Positions 1 to 12,049 of a stretch of 64,000 bases of DNA are shown here, in pieces. The DNA is from Nitrospirota bacterium. GTDB lineage: Bacteria; Nitrospirota; Nitrospiria; Nitrospirales; Nitrospiraceae. Every line of letters starts with the position of its first letter. Position 1 is the stretch's first letter. The position numbers and the translations under genes are program-made. The stretch is from positions 1-64,000 of the forward strand of contig CAVPBK010000005.1 of assembly GCA_963701855.1 (NCBI GenBank). Direction: 5' to 3'. The notes under the pieces were generated by a model. The model did no database searches. It was given only the letters and a program-made list of their open reading frames with translations, and was not told the DNA's origin.

Positions 1-192
1 AGCGGAAAGAGGACCCGTAGCCGTTGATGAACCTACTGCAGTATATAATAATGATCGAAATAAAGAGAATATTACCCATCAGGTCTGCAGTAACCTCTCG
101 CGCAGAAGCGGTAGCTGCAGCAGCGAGCTGAAACGGTGTGCCCCGCTTAAAATATAGATCCGCAGAGATGTTCTGCGCCTAGAGGGAACTGC

Positions 193-503
193 ATGCCCGC
201 CAAGCACGTCAAAGCGAGACACTGGATCGCGACAGGCATCTTTAACTCGCTCGCCTCCTTCCACGATTTCGAGCAACGCATCAATGATATTGTGGAAGAG
301 AAAGACCGTGGCGATGTCTTTGATATTTTCGTGGAAGGATTCCTCGCCACCCAACCTATTATGCAGTGCGTCACCCACTGGGTCGTCGGCGACCTTCCCC
401 TCACGCTACGGCAACAATACAATCTTCCCAGCGATACAAAGGGTATCGATGGCGTGTATGAAAGCCGCCTCGGGACGCATGTCGCCGATCAAGTCAAATA
501 CCC
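193..503 (+). pseudogene. N-terminal fragment of a restriction-endonuclease/helicase-type protein (Mrr-like PD-(D/E)XK domain), truncated by an IS3 remnant
   Basis: RBS AGAGGGA precedes the ATG. The ORF has GDVFDIFVE...GIDGVY...QVKY nuclease-like motifs, then runs into IS3 sequence. Confidence 0.55.
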
Positions 504-917
504 AATTGCCTCTCAAGCGTATCCTTGTGTGCGCCTCCACATGGCACACCGCTTCTCGGCGTCGGGCCGGGCTTAGAAGTTTCCCGCTGCCACCTCCTTC
601 AAGATACTATTGTCGAGCGAGAGATCGTCCACAAAGCGTTTCAGGCGCGCATTCTCCAGTTCCAGATCTTTCAGCCGTTTGGCTTGATCGACCCGCAGCC
701 CGCAGTATTCTTTCTTCCACCGATAGTAGGTCTGTTCCGTGATCCCCATCTTGCGACAAGCCTCGACCATCCCAAGCCCTTTGCCCAACTCGATCTCAAT
801 GGTCCGTAACTGCCCGATGATCTCTTCTGCCGTATACCGCTTGTGTGCCATGCTCCCTCCTTTCAGCGGTCGAAATCTTAACTTCAGATCCGGCTTGGTT
901 TACTAGGGGGCTGGTCA
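504..917 (-). mobile_element. IS3-family remnant: left end, orfA (573-851) and first codons of orfB
   Basis: orfA MAHKRYTAEEII...ITEQTYYRWKKEY...LENARLKRFVDDLSLDNSILKE is HTH_Tnp_1-like. Terminal TGACCAGCCCCC on the minus strand at ~917. Confidence 0.85.
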
Positions 918-919
918 CA

Positions 920-1025
920 AAGTTCGTACAGATCGTCCCTCGGCAGCGCTCGACCCGATAGCCGGCGACGCCTGCGTTATCGCTGGGTGGCGTGAACCAA
1001 CGCGTCCGCCTGAGCGCGGGGTCGT
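920..1025 (-). pseudogene. Degenerate fibronectin-III fragment
   Basis: Minus-strand translation ...SDNAGVAGYRVERCRGTICTNF resembles the DNVGVTGYRVERCQGAGCTTF repeats of the neighbouring gene. Confidence 0.5.
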
Positions 1026-1176
1026 GGTCCCGAGGAGACTTGAAGCCAATTAGTCACTGCCACAGCCGGTGGTCAATGGGATGCACGCTAGGAAGGCGAT
1101 GCCAAACTCAAAGTTCGATTCATCGACATTTTGCCCTTCAGGCTGCCGTTTTGCCGTTGTCTTTCATTTCTAATCC

Positions 1177-4100
1177 TCATGGTGCGGTTGTCGCGGACGC
1201 GGCACTAGAGAATGCACTCAGGTTGCCAGCCGCATCCACAGCTCGCACACGATACCGATAGGTGGTCGATGCTTTCAGGCCTGTATTGCTGTACGAATTG
1301 GTGATGGCCGTGGCAATTTGGGTGTTCGGCGTACAATTCGCCATTTTATTATTACAACGGTACACCTTGTAGCCAGTCACGCCGACATTGTCGGTGGCGG
1401 CGGTCCAGCTGAGATTGATCTGGGTGGCACTGACAGTCGTGGCGGTCAGGCCGGTGACAGCGCTCGGAGGCGTCGTGTCGGATGAGGCGTGGGTGCTCGT
1501 ACTGCTGACGGCCGAGTAATTCACACTCAGATTTCCGGCGGCATCGACGGCCTTCACGCGGTAGCTGTAGCTGGTGGAGGCGGTGAGGCCCGGATCACTA
1601 TAACTGTTCGTGGTGGGGGTGGCGATTTGGGCAAAGGTGGTGCAGCCCGCCCCCTGACAGCGCTCGACGCGATAGCCGGTGACGCCGACGTTGTCGGTGG
1701 CGGCGGTCCAGTTGAGATTGATCTGACTGCTGCTGGCGGCGGTGGCGGTCAGGCCGGTGACCGTGCTCGGGGGCGTCGTGTCGGATGAGGCTTGGGTGCT
1801 CGTACTGCTGACGGCCGAGTAGTTGACACTGACATTGGTCGCGGCATCGACGGCCTTGACGCGGTAGCTATAGCTGGTGGAGGCGGTGAGGCCCGGATCG
1901 CTATAACTGTTCGTGGTCGGGGTAGCGATCTGCACGAAGCTCGAGCAGCCCGCCCCCTGGCAGCGCTCCACCTGATAGCCGGTGACGCCGATATTATCGG
2001 TAGCGGCGGTCCAGCTGAGGTTGATCTGCGTCGGACTCACCGTGGTAGCGGTCAGGCCGGTGACATCGCTGGGGGGCGTCGTGTCGGATGCCCCGATCGG
2101 CGTCGTCATGTCAGTTTGAATCTCGGTCTGCGTGAGCACGCGGTTGTAGATGCGGACTTCGTCGATCAGGCCTGGGAAGAATTCCGTGCTGTAGGTGTCG
2201 CCACCGAGGCGCAGCGGCGTGGTGGTGGTTTGGATCGCGCCGGTGGCGGGGGTGCTGCTCACCAGCCCGCCGTTGATGTAGAGCTGAATCTGCGTACCGT
2301 CATACGTGGCGGCGACGTGGGTCCAGGTATTGGGAACCAGGGCGGCGGCGGCATAGCCAAACTTCACCGCGCCGCCCAAGGTGCCGCCGCTGGCTGGCCG
2401 GTTCTGATTCGAGCTGGCCGTCAGGAAATAGGCATCCGTTTCTTTTTGGAGAATGGCCTTCCAGCCCGCGAGGGTGACGGAGGGGTTGACCCAGGCCTCC
2501 AAGGTCATGGTCGTCGTGAGATTCAACGAGGCGCTGGCGGGGACCAGCACCAGGTCGTTGACCCCGTCAAAACTGATGGCGGCGCCGAATTTCCCCGTGG
2601 CAGTCCAGATGGGGCCGTTGGTCAAGGTGCCGGTGTTGGCGTGGCCTGAGGTGTCCCCGGTGGTGGTGCCGGTGCCTTCATTGAAGGCGTAGGCGGCGAC
2701 GAGGCCGGCGCCGGAGGCGGTGGTCGTGGCGCTGGCCACGTTCGAGTAATTCACACTCAGATTTCCGGCGGCATCGACGGCCTTCACGCGGTAGCTGTAG
2801 CTGGTGGAGGCGGTGAGGCCCGGATCACTATAACTGTTCGTGGTGGGGGTGGCGATTTGGGCAAAGGTGGTGCAGCCCGCCCCCTGACAGCGCTCGACGC
2901 GATAGCCGGTGACGCCGACGTTGTCGGTGGCGGCGGTCCAGGTTGAGATTGATCTGACTGCTGCTGGCGGCGGTGGCGGTCAGGCCGGTGACCGTGCTCG
3001 GGGGCGTCGTGTCGGATGAGGCTTGGGTGCTCGTACTGCTGACGGCCGAGTAGTTGACACTGACATTGGTCGCGGCATCGACGGCCTTGACGCGGTAGCT
3101 ATAGCTGGTGGAGGCGGTGAGGCCCGGATCGCTATAACTGTTCGTGGTCGGGGTAGCGATCTGCACGAAGCTCGAGCAGCCCGCCCCCTGGCAGCGCTCC
3201 ACCTGATAGCCGGTGACGCCGATATTATCGGTAGCGGCGGTCCAGCTGAGGTTGATCTGCGTCGGACTCACCGTGGTAGCGGTCAGGCCGGTGACATCGC
3301 TGGGGGGCGTCGTGTCGGATGCCCCGATCGGCGTCGTCATGTCAGTTTGAATCTCGGTCTGCGTGAGCACGCGGTTGTAGATGCGGACTTCGTCGATCAG
3401 GCCTGGGAAGAATTCCGTGCTGTAGGTGTCGCCACCGAGGCGCAGCGGCGTGGTGGTGGTTTGGATCGCGCCGGTGGCGGGGGTGCTGCTCACCAGCCCG
3501 CCGTTGATGTAGAGCTGAATCTGCGTACCGTCATACGTGGCGGCGACGTGGGTCCAGGTATTGGGGACCAGGGCGGCGGCGGCATAGCCAAACTTCACCG
3601 CGCCGCCCAAGGTGCCGCCGCTGGCTGGCCGGTTCTGATTCGAGCTGGCCGTCAGGAAATAGGCATCCGTTTCTTTTTGGAGAATGGCCTTCCAGCCCGC
3701 GAGGGTGACGGAGGGGTTGACCCAGGCCTCCAAGGTCATGGTCGTCGTGAGATTCAACGAGGCGCTGGCGGGGACCAGCACCAGGTCGTTGACCCCGTCA
3801 AAACTGATGGCGGCGCCGAATTTCCCCGTGGCAGTCCAGATGGGGCCGTTGGTCAAGGTGCCGGTGTTGGCGTGGCCTGAGGTGTCCCCGGTGGTGGTGC
3901 CGGTGCCTTCATTGAAGGCGTAGGCGGCGACGAGGCCGGCGCCGGAGGCGGTGGTCGTGGCGCTGGCCACGTTCGAGTAATTCACACTCAGATTTCCGGC
4001 GGCATCGACGGCCTTCACGCGGTAGCTGTAGCTGGTGGAGGCGGTGAGGCCCGGATCACTATAACTGTTCGTGGTGGGGGTGGCGATCTGCACAAAGGTG

Positions 4101-6052
4101 GTGCAGCCGGCCCCCTGGCAGCGCTCGACGCGATAGCCGGTCAACGTGCCGTTATCAGTGGACGCCGTCCAATTCAGATTGATTTGGGTTTGACTTACCG
4201 TTGTGGTGATCAAATTGGTGGGGGAGGACGGCGGGGTGGTATCGCCTGTATTGGGCAAGGTCACGCTCGTGCTATTGGTGAGTCCGCTGCTATCGGTTGC
4301 CGTCAAGATGATTTCATACGAATACGTGCCGATCCCGTGGTCCACCGCGACGAAACTGCCTTGCGCCCCCGTCGCGGTCACAAACGTATGAATGTGATCG
4401 TTATGATGGAGCAGCACGGTCCAACTCAAACTGCTAGCCGGGATGATCTGATCTGGATCGGTGGCCGAGCCCTGGAACAGAATCGTTTGTCCCGGGATCA
4501 CGCTCGTCCCATTGATCGGCGCCGAGATTGTTGCAGTCGGCGGGCGGCTTCCGACCGTCACCGTGGTGGTTGCGGAAGAGGTTTGGCCATTGGTTGAACT
4601 GGTCACGCCCAGTCGAGCGGTGAAAGTCTGGACTGAGCCCGCCACATAGACGTGACTGGGATTGGCTACTGAGGAGGTATTGCCGTCCCCGAAATCCCAG
4701 AAATACGTGAGGGTGCCGCCAGTCGGATCACTCGAGCCCGCGCTGGAAAAGGTGACGGACAAGGGGGAGTAACCGGAACTTGGCGTCGCGGACGCGGTGG
4801 CCGAGGGGCCGTTATAACGAATTCGCCGGATCTGTCCCGTCGTGAACGAGACGTAATACAGCAGCCCATCGGGCCCCTGAGCAATGGTTACGGGGGCCGC
4901 GGCGTTCGTAGCAAAGAAGGGAGAGCTGGTGAGCGTGCCGGCGGCATCAAAAATCAATCGCCGGATCCAATTGGCGCCGTAATCACTCACAAACCAGGTG
5001 TTGCGATACTGTTCAGGATACACCGTGCCGGTGTAGAAGGGGCCGCCCACCGCGGCCTGTCCGATGGAATGGTCATAGATGAGCAGCGGCAGGGTCAGGA
5101 GCGGATCCGCGGCAACGGCGGCGCATTGCGCAGGAAACGTGCTTTGATATGCTGGTTGCGGGAGTGCGCCTTCATAACAGGGCCACCCGAAGTTCTTTCC
5201 TTTACCGCGGTTAAACTCTTCATAGGTGTTCCATCCGACGTCCCCGAAATAGAGGTCAAACGTCGTCGGGTGCACGGTGAACCGATAGGGGTTTCTCAAC
5301 CCATAGGACAGGACTTTCGAACGATTCGAGTTGGTGCCGTCATCAAAGGGGTTGTCCCCGGGGGCGGAGCCATCATCGTTGACGCGAAGGATTTTCCCGT
5401 TCAGGCTGGTTAGGTCTTGAGCGCGGAGGGCATTGGGATCCCCACTGTTAATGGCGGCATTATCATCATCCCCACTGCTGATGAGGATCTTGCCGTCTTG
5501 CGCAAACACGATTGAGTCGATCGTATGGGAGGATCCCTCTGCGGGCATTTCAAGCAGGACGACCTCACTGCTGGGGGGGGCCACGTCCGGGTTCACGGGA
5601 TCGACCGTCACCCGGCTAAACCTGGAAGTCTTGGGTCCCGTATCGTTGACGTTGCCATTCGGCTCATAGACGTAGGCGAGATAGGCATAGCCGTTCAGTA
5701 GGAAGTTAGGATGCAGCGCGAACCCGACCAATCCTCGATCATCATAGGTATTGACAAGACCGCGCAGATCGAGAAACGGAGTCGAGAGCAACTGACCATT
5801 TTTGAAGATCCGAATAAGCCCGTCTTTCTGCCAGATAAACATACGACCATCCGTGGCCCATGTGACCCCTGCCGGCTTGAAAGCGGGAAGCGTCGTGATC
5901 ACGTCCGCGACAAACCCCGGGTCGTTAAACGTTTGGGCCTGTGCCGCGGGAGGGAATGATGGCCCAACCATACAGCAGATGACCGTGAGCATGAGGGCGG
6001 CCATCAGCGCGGGGAACTTTCTTAGAGAACCCCGAAATCTGTTGTTAGTCAC
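1177..6052 (-). CDS. Large secreted protein: PQQ-dependent sugar dehydrogenase (GSDH) beta-propeller + PKD + multiple Fn3 + two LamG domains; split by a 1-nt insertion at ~2941
   Basis: Signal peptide, GKILRVNDDGSAPGDNPF...YGLRNPYRF...GDVG (GSDH), YFWDFGDG (PKD), WTAATDNVGVTGY (Fn3) and TWTHVAATYDG...IDEVRIYNRVLT (LamG). ORFs 2828-6052 and 1177-2787 join if the extra G at 2941 is removed. Confidence 0.85.
1514..4087. repeat. Near-perfect ~1230-bp internal tandem duplication (LamG+Fn3 unit)
   Basis: 1514-2856 matches 2744-4087 at an offset of 1230, or 1231 after the G at 2941. Duplicate shadow ORFs lie at 1792/3023 and 2453/3684. Confidence 0.95.
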
Positions 6053-6489
6053 GAGGGGATTCCTTTTTGAGAACTTTCTGGCCCCGTTCAGTTGCTGTCT
6101 GCCAAATGGACACAGCTTGGTGAGTTGACAGGATCGGTGCAGGGCGAAGCGAGCGCGCCATGACGACTGGCTGGCGCAGCACGCGACGGCAGGAAGTCAG
6201 CGACAGGTATGGCCGCAGGCCGCGGTTTACCCGCTGGGGCTGCTCACCGGACATGGACGGTCGCCTCTTAACCGGGCGCGGTTGGAAGGGATGGCCCGGC
6301 AGGGGTGCGTTGTCGAAGATGAATCGCATGCGTGCCTGGAGTCACGGCGTGCTGCCCGGATATGTTCACCGGTGTATGAGCGCGTAAGTCATCATGTATA
6401 CCTTCTTGAATGGAGTACTGCCATCCTCCTAAGGTAGGGGGTGAATGCGTGGATCATCTTGCAGAGCAGAGGGAGGAATTACGCGGTTA

Positions 6490-6875
6490 CCGCACTCCGT
6501 GCGGGGGCTGCAAGCAGCTCCAGTGCGTGATCTTGACTGCGGATGGAGTTGCTGCTACTCGCCGATGGACGGGATCTGACTATCCGGGTGAGCCACGTCC
6601 CGCCAGGCACGAGCAAGTGGACCACAAGCGAGCATCGACGGTTTTCGTCTATCAACCTGAAGTGGCGCGGTCAACCCTTGGTGCGCCACGACGTCATCGT
6701 CAATGTGGTCGTGGCACCCCACGATCCGCTAGGGACTGATGGCGCGCGCTGAAAACTATCCTGTTTCATACGAAACGGGCATGCAGGGCACTGACGCAGA
6801 ATTCTCCACCATCCGAATTGCCCGCGATGACTTCTATGACGAGTGGGACTAGATCATTTCACTGAACCGATACAG
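6490..6875 (+). mobile_element. ISAzo13-family transposase C-terminal remnant
   Basis: LTIRVSHVPPGTSKWTTSEHRRFSSINLKWRGQPLVRHDVIVN...IRIARDDFYDEW resembles the ISAzo13 HFPPGTSKWNKIEHRLFS...WRG motif. Contains stops and frameshifts. Confidence 0.75.
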
Positions 6876-6883
6876 GTTCCTGT

Positions 6884-7027
6884 GGCTGGTGCTGGTAGTA
6901 TCAGAGATATGCGCCGGGGGATATGGTGCTGGAAGGGGTAGAGAAAAACGCTCGAGAGAAGCGGAAAGGCTTGTGGGCCGATCCGCAGCCGGTGCCGCCG
7001 TGGGAGTGGCGGAAGAGGAGCAGCTGA
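6884..7027 (+). pseudogene. Thermonuclease (SNase) C-terminal remnant, copy 1
   Basis: GWCW*YQRYAPGDMVLEGVEKNAREKRKGLWADPQPVPPWEWRKRSS*. Confidence 0.8.
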
Positions 7028-7139
7028 GCAGCGAGTGATGGTCCGGCTCCTTCCTCCCCCCTCCTGACAAAGGAGGGGAGTTGAGAGAAGGGCAGGGAGC
7101 CTACGCCCCCTGCTCCTCAATCATCGAATCACCAAGTCC

Positions 7140-7721
7140 TCAATACTCATCCTCATTCATGCCACCGCGCACACACCAGTGGAAATTGCCGCTGGCGGAC
7201 ACATCGCCAAAGTCGGTCACGTCGCCATTGCTGAAATTCACGCCCCACGCGTTGGACGGAACGCCTTTGATCGTCGTTGCTGACCAGTAGATGGCCGACT
7301 GGACGCCGGTAGCACCGGTAGTAAAAGGATGGCCTGGTGGGAGAGTCGGGCCCGGAAAGGCCACGGACGGATCCACTAAACTCGCCAGCTCGTGCACCGA
7401 GGGCAGCCGCCAGCCTTTGCGGTTGCCGGTCGTGCGACTCGCGCAATCAAACCGCCCAAATTTCCATGGAGGCGAGGTGATGGTCGGCGATCGCTCCCAC
7501 ACCAGCCCGGTTTCCCTATCCAACACCGCCTCGCTGTTCCAATTTGTCAGGACACCGAACCGTGTCGCGGACGGGAATTGCTGGTCCCACGCGGGTACCG
7601 CATAGTAGGGGCCCGTGATATCGGCTGCCTGAGCTGGGCCGGTGGTCAGGGCTACCCCGACGAGCAAGCCCAGTGAGATGAGTCGGATCGTGAATCCTCT
7701 GCGCCGTAGCTGCTGCATCAT
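7140..7721 (-). CDS. Secreted DUF1566 (Lcl C-terminal, C-type-lectin-like) domain protein
   Basis: RBS GAGGAGG and a signal peptide. Motifs VLDRETGLVWER, GWRLPSVHELASL, YWSAT, AWGVNFSNG and WCVRGG. Confidence 0.85.
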   Translation of the reverse strand: MMQQLRRRGFTIRLISLGLLVGVALTTGPAQAADITGPYYAVPAWDQQFPSATRFGVLTNWNSEAVLDRETGLVWERSPTITSPPWKFGRFDCASRTTGNRKGWRLPSVHELASLVDPSVAFPGPTLPPGHPFTTGATGVQSAIYWSATTIKGVPSNAWGVNFSNGDVTDFGDVSASGNFHWCVRGGMNEDEY

Positions 7722-7963
7722 AGAACCTCCTCGTAATGGAATGGTGAGTACACTCGCGGAATGCGGACGGCTGAACGACGACCGTAGCGTCTCGCGCTGA
7801 TTGCGATTAGAGAAGAGGCGTGAACGGAGACAAATACTTGGCAGGTTTTGGATTTGCATGAGAACGCGCTCCAACGACCGAGCGGCCCCGGCCAAGCCGT
7901 GGGGCACACTTTATGGACCCACATTGTAACGCTGTCAACAGTCTCGGATAAAAGAGGAGATAG

Positions 7964-8122
7964 GTTAATCAGGAACTCATCAAAGACGGCTAGTGCTGGT
8001 GTTATCGGAAATACGCGCCAGGGAATAGAGAATTAGAGAGGCTAGAGAAGAACGCACGAGAGGCGAAGAAAGGCTTGTTGGCTGATCTGCAGCCGGTGCC
8101 GCCGTGGGAGTGGCGGAAGCGA
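7964..8122 (+). pseudogene. Thermonuclease (SNase) C-terminal remnant, copy 2
   Basis: VNQELIKDG*CWCYRKYAPGNRELERLEKNAREAKKGLLADLQPVPPWEWRKR. 31 nt are identical to copy 1. Confidence 0.8.
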
Positions 8123-8157
8123 TACCTAACGGGCGGGGTATCGACGGGCGGGAATGG

Positions 8158-8415
8158 TCAATCATGAAACCGGTACAGTTGCCTCTCTACGGTTGCCACC
8201 AACCTACTTGCTGATACCTTCAAGGCACGAGACAGCTTGAGCATCATATTCAGTGTGGGTGACTTCAGCCCTCTCTCAAGTTGGCGAATGTAGGTCCGGT
8301 GGATCTCTGCCCGAGACCCCAACTCCTCCTGCGACAGGCCATTTCGCTTCCGAAGGTGAGCAATCTCTTTGCCCAGCAAGGCTTCCGGCAATGTCTTCGA
8401 TCCACGGGGTCTCAT
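8158..8415 (-). CDS. XRE-family HTH regulator resembling restriction-modification controller (C) proteins
   Basis: LRKRNGLSQEELGSRAEIHRTYIRQLERGLKSPTL carries the C-protein HRTY signature. No RBS, so possibly leaderless. Confidence 0.8.
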   Translation of the reverse strand: MRPRGSKTLPEALLGKEIAHLRKRNGLSQEELGSRAEIHRTYIRQLERGLKSPTLNMMLKLSRALKVSASRLVATVERQLYRFHD

Positions 8416-8433
8416 GCCCGCGATGTTGACGCA

Positions 8434-8468
8434 GTGAATACTATTGATCTACAGACTATAGTATTCAC
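8434..8468 (-). promoter_or_regulatory. C-box-like double operator upstream of the controller gene
   Basis: Minus strand GTGAATACTATAGTC-TGTA-GATCAATAGTATTCAC has an 11-bp outer inverted repeat and a central TGTA. It ends 18 nt before the ATG. Confidence 0.7.
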
Positions 8469-8503
8469 TCGTATCCGGACGTATCATTGACGGGTCGCTA
8501 CTT

Positions 8504-10215
<1,712 letters not shown>

Positions 10216-10402
10216 AGAGGCACTTGCGCGGCATCGTGAATTGCCCTGCCAAGTTTGAGCCAAAGGGTTATTAAAAAAGCGGCGTCGATCGAAAGCGTGT
10301 CGTTTAATTTCTGGTACGCGCTGATCTGCCCTGCGAAACCAAGCCGGGTGAGACTTGAGGAATTGCCCTATGTGACCCAAGCCGAGCCGTGATACCTGAC
10401 CG

Positions 10403-10625
10403 TTACAACCGTAGCAGCATCCGGTGCAGGCATCCGTAGGATCGTCCACGTGACGGATATTGGGATTCGTACGCAAGCCTCCCGCACCTCCGGCTTTGGG
10501 AGTAGGTCTGAGTCAGGTAGAGAAGAGCTGCACGCCGCCCACACCCTGGACATTCGAACCAACAGCGGCGGCTGCCGAGATGACCAGTGGACCAGCTGTG
10601 TAGAGGATGCGATTGGGAGCCTATA
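10403..10625 (-). pseudogene. Cys-rich mobile-element hypothetical protein remnant
   Basis: LGSRRCWFECPGCGRRAALLY...RRCGRLAYESQ resembles a WFxCPxCxRR..LY..CxxLxYxSQ family seen in integrative elements. No in-frame start. Confidence 0.5.
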
Positions 10626-10923
10626 CACTAGTTCTACTGCGTTCTCCCCAACACGGACTACGATACTGATTCCAATGTATCAGCGGGCTTCCGCCAGCGC
10701 CACAGAAAGTGGGTCTGCGGAAGGAGCCATTGTTCATGGACCCACCGCCGGAGGGCGATGGATAGGCAACTGCTGGTCAGAGGTTTATGGATTGTGTTCG
10801 CGCGCGAGGGTATACTTCCAAAACCTAGTTAAAAGGTGCTTTCGGCCACCAAAATCATGATGCGTCATTTTCCCTGAAAACCTTGGTCGCATGGCGCTTT
10901 AACACGCACGACCACTTCCGAAA

Positions 10924-11331
10924 TCATGGCCGCATCGATTCGTTCGTCTTAGTCAGTCCTGGAACGTGAGCCAAGGAGTCTCGTCCACAGTACTCCACCA
11001 ACAGATGCCGGCCAATCAAATCCGGCAGACTCGAACAATGCTTGAGACGCTCGTGCCCAGATACGGGGCCGCATGGTTCAAATTTGGCGCCAGCGAGAAG
11101 ATTGCCGACCTTCTCAAGCGAGCGCCGTACTGCAGGGCAAGACTCATCAGGCGGGCGATGACGTCGTATAAACCGATCAATTCAGAGGAACAGTCCGAAC
11201 CTTTCACGCGAAGAAAGATTTCGGCCGGCTGCTCGTCGTCATGCACGCTGATGTAGAGCGTGCGTTGGCCGGTGATGCGAACTTTTTGCGTGATGTGAGT
11301 GTGCCGGTGCGAGAGGGCGGCGGGTACTCAT
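10924..11331 (-). pseudogene. Stand-alone TSCPD-domain protein (class II ribonucleotide reductase C-terminal-like), two frameshifts
   Basis: ITQKVRITGQRTLYISVHDDEQPAEIFLRVKG...IARLMSLALQYGA / LEKVGNLLAGAKFEPCGPVSGHERLKHCSSLPDLIGRHLLVEY. RBS GGTGGAGG. Confidence 0.75.
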
Positions 11332-11399
11332 GCGGCCTCCACCAAAAGCTCGATGTTGAAGCTAAGTGGGTGTTCTCCGTTTGTTCCCTGGTTTGACGG

Positions 11400-11417
11400 G
11401 TCCCGTTGGGGACACCA
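11400..11417 (+). repeat. att core: tRNA(Glu)-like 3' end, copy 1
   Basis: GTCCCGTTGGGGACACCA, identical to 26493-26510. It comprises a T-stem 3' strand, an acceptor 3' strand, a discriminator and CCA. Confidence 0.85.
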
Positions 11418-11505
11418 CTTAATATGGGGAAACAACGCCATTCAGGTAGGGGGAGGTAAGATCCTTCTCCAGTAATTCTGAAGCTTTGCGTGCTATTCTC
11501 TTCAA

Positions 11506-12049
11506 CTTGTGATTCCCCGTAGCTTGCTACGGGGACAATCTTTTCTGGTACCCTCTGGAGTATGGCGGACCAGAGGAACGAGGCAGTCAGAAAGGGAGCG
11601 CACTGTGCGTGGCAAATCCACTACCATATTGTTTTTCCCGTGAAATACCGGAAATCGCTGTTGGATGAGGTGGTGACGACGATTATCCAGGAGACGGCGG
11701 CAGAGATCGCGGAACGGTTTCCGATCGAGATGGAGGCGATCGGGACGGACAAGAATCATATCCATCTGCTCTGCAGTGCACATCCGAAAGTGGCTCCAGG
11801 CCGGATTGTGCAGATATTCAAGAGCATCACGGCGCGGGAGATCTTTCGCCGAAAGCCCGCGGTGAAGCGGGTACTGTGGGGCGGGGAGTTTTGGACCGAT
11901 GGGTACTACGTGGCCACGGTAGGGGAACGGGCAAACTGGCAGACTGTCGAACGGTACGTGCAGCGGCAAGGGCAGCCTCAGGAAGATCTTCGTCAGCTCC
12001 AGATGTTTTAGTTCTGTGATACCCCGCAGCTTGCTGCGGGGAGCTTCAT
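11506..12049 (+). mobile_element. IS200-like element (TnpA only)
   Basis: Subterminal hairpins TCCCCGTAGC-TT-GCTACGGGGA (11514-11535) and CCCCGCAGC-TT-GCTGCGGGG (12022-12041). Lies after TTCAA and ends in TTCAT. Confidence 0.85.
11562..12011 (+). CDS. tnpA: IS200/IS605 Y1 (HUH) transposase
   Basis: YHIVFPVKYRK, NHIHLL (HUH), FKSITAR, FWTDGYY and YVQRQ motifs. Confidence 0.95.
   Translation: MADQRNEAVRKGAHCAWQIHYHIVFPVKYRKSLLDEVVTTIIQETAAEIAERFPIEMEAIGTDKNHIHLLCSAHPKVAPGRIVQIFKSITAREIFRRKPAVKRVLWGGEFWTDGYYVATVGERANWQTVERYVQRQGQPQEDLRQLQMF

Noticed and set aside
1489..3923. Plus-strand ORFs of 285 and 79 aa, each occurring twice
   Set aside because: Antisense shadows of the duplicated GC-rich Fn3/LamG coding sequence.
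7140..8122. Complete diversity-generating retroelement
   Set aside because: No reverse transcriptase and no template repeat in the window. The nearby repeats are SNase fragments without adenine-specific differences.
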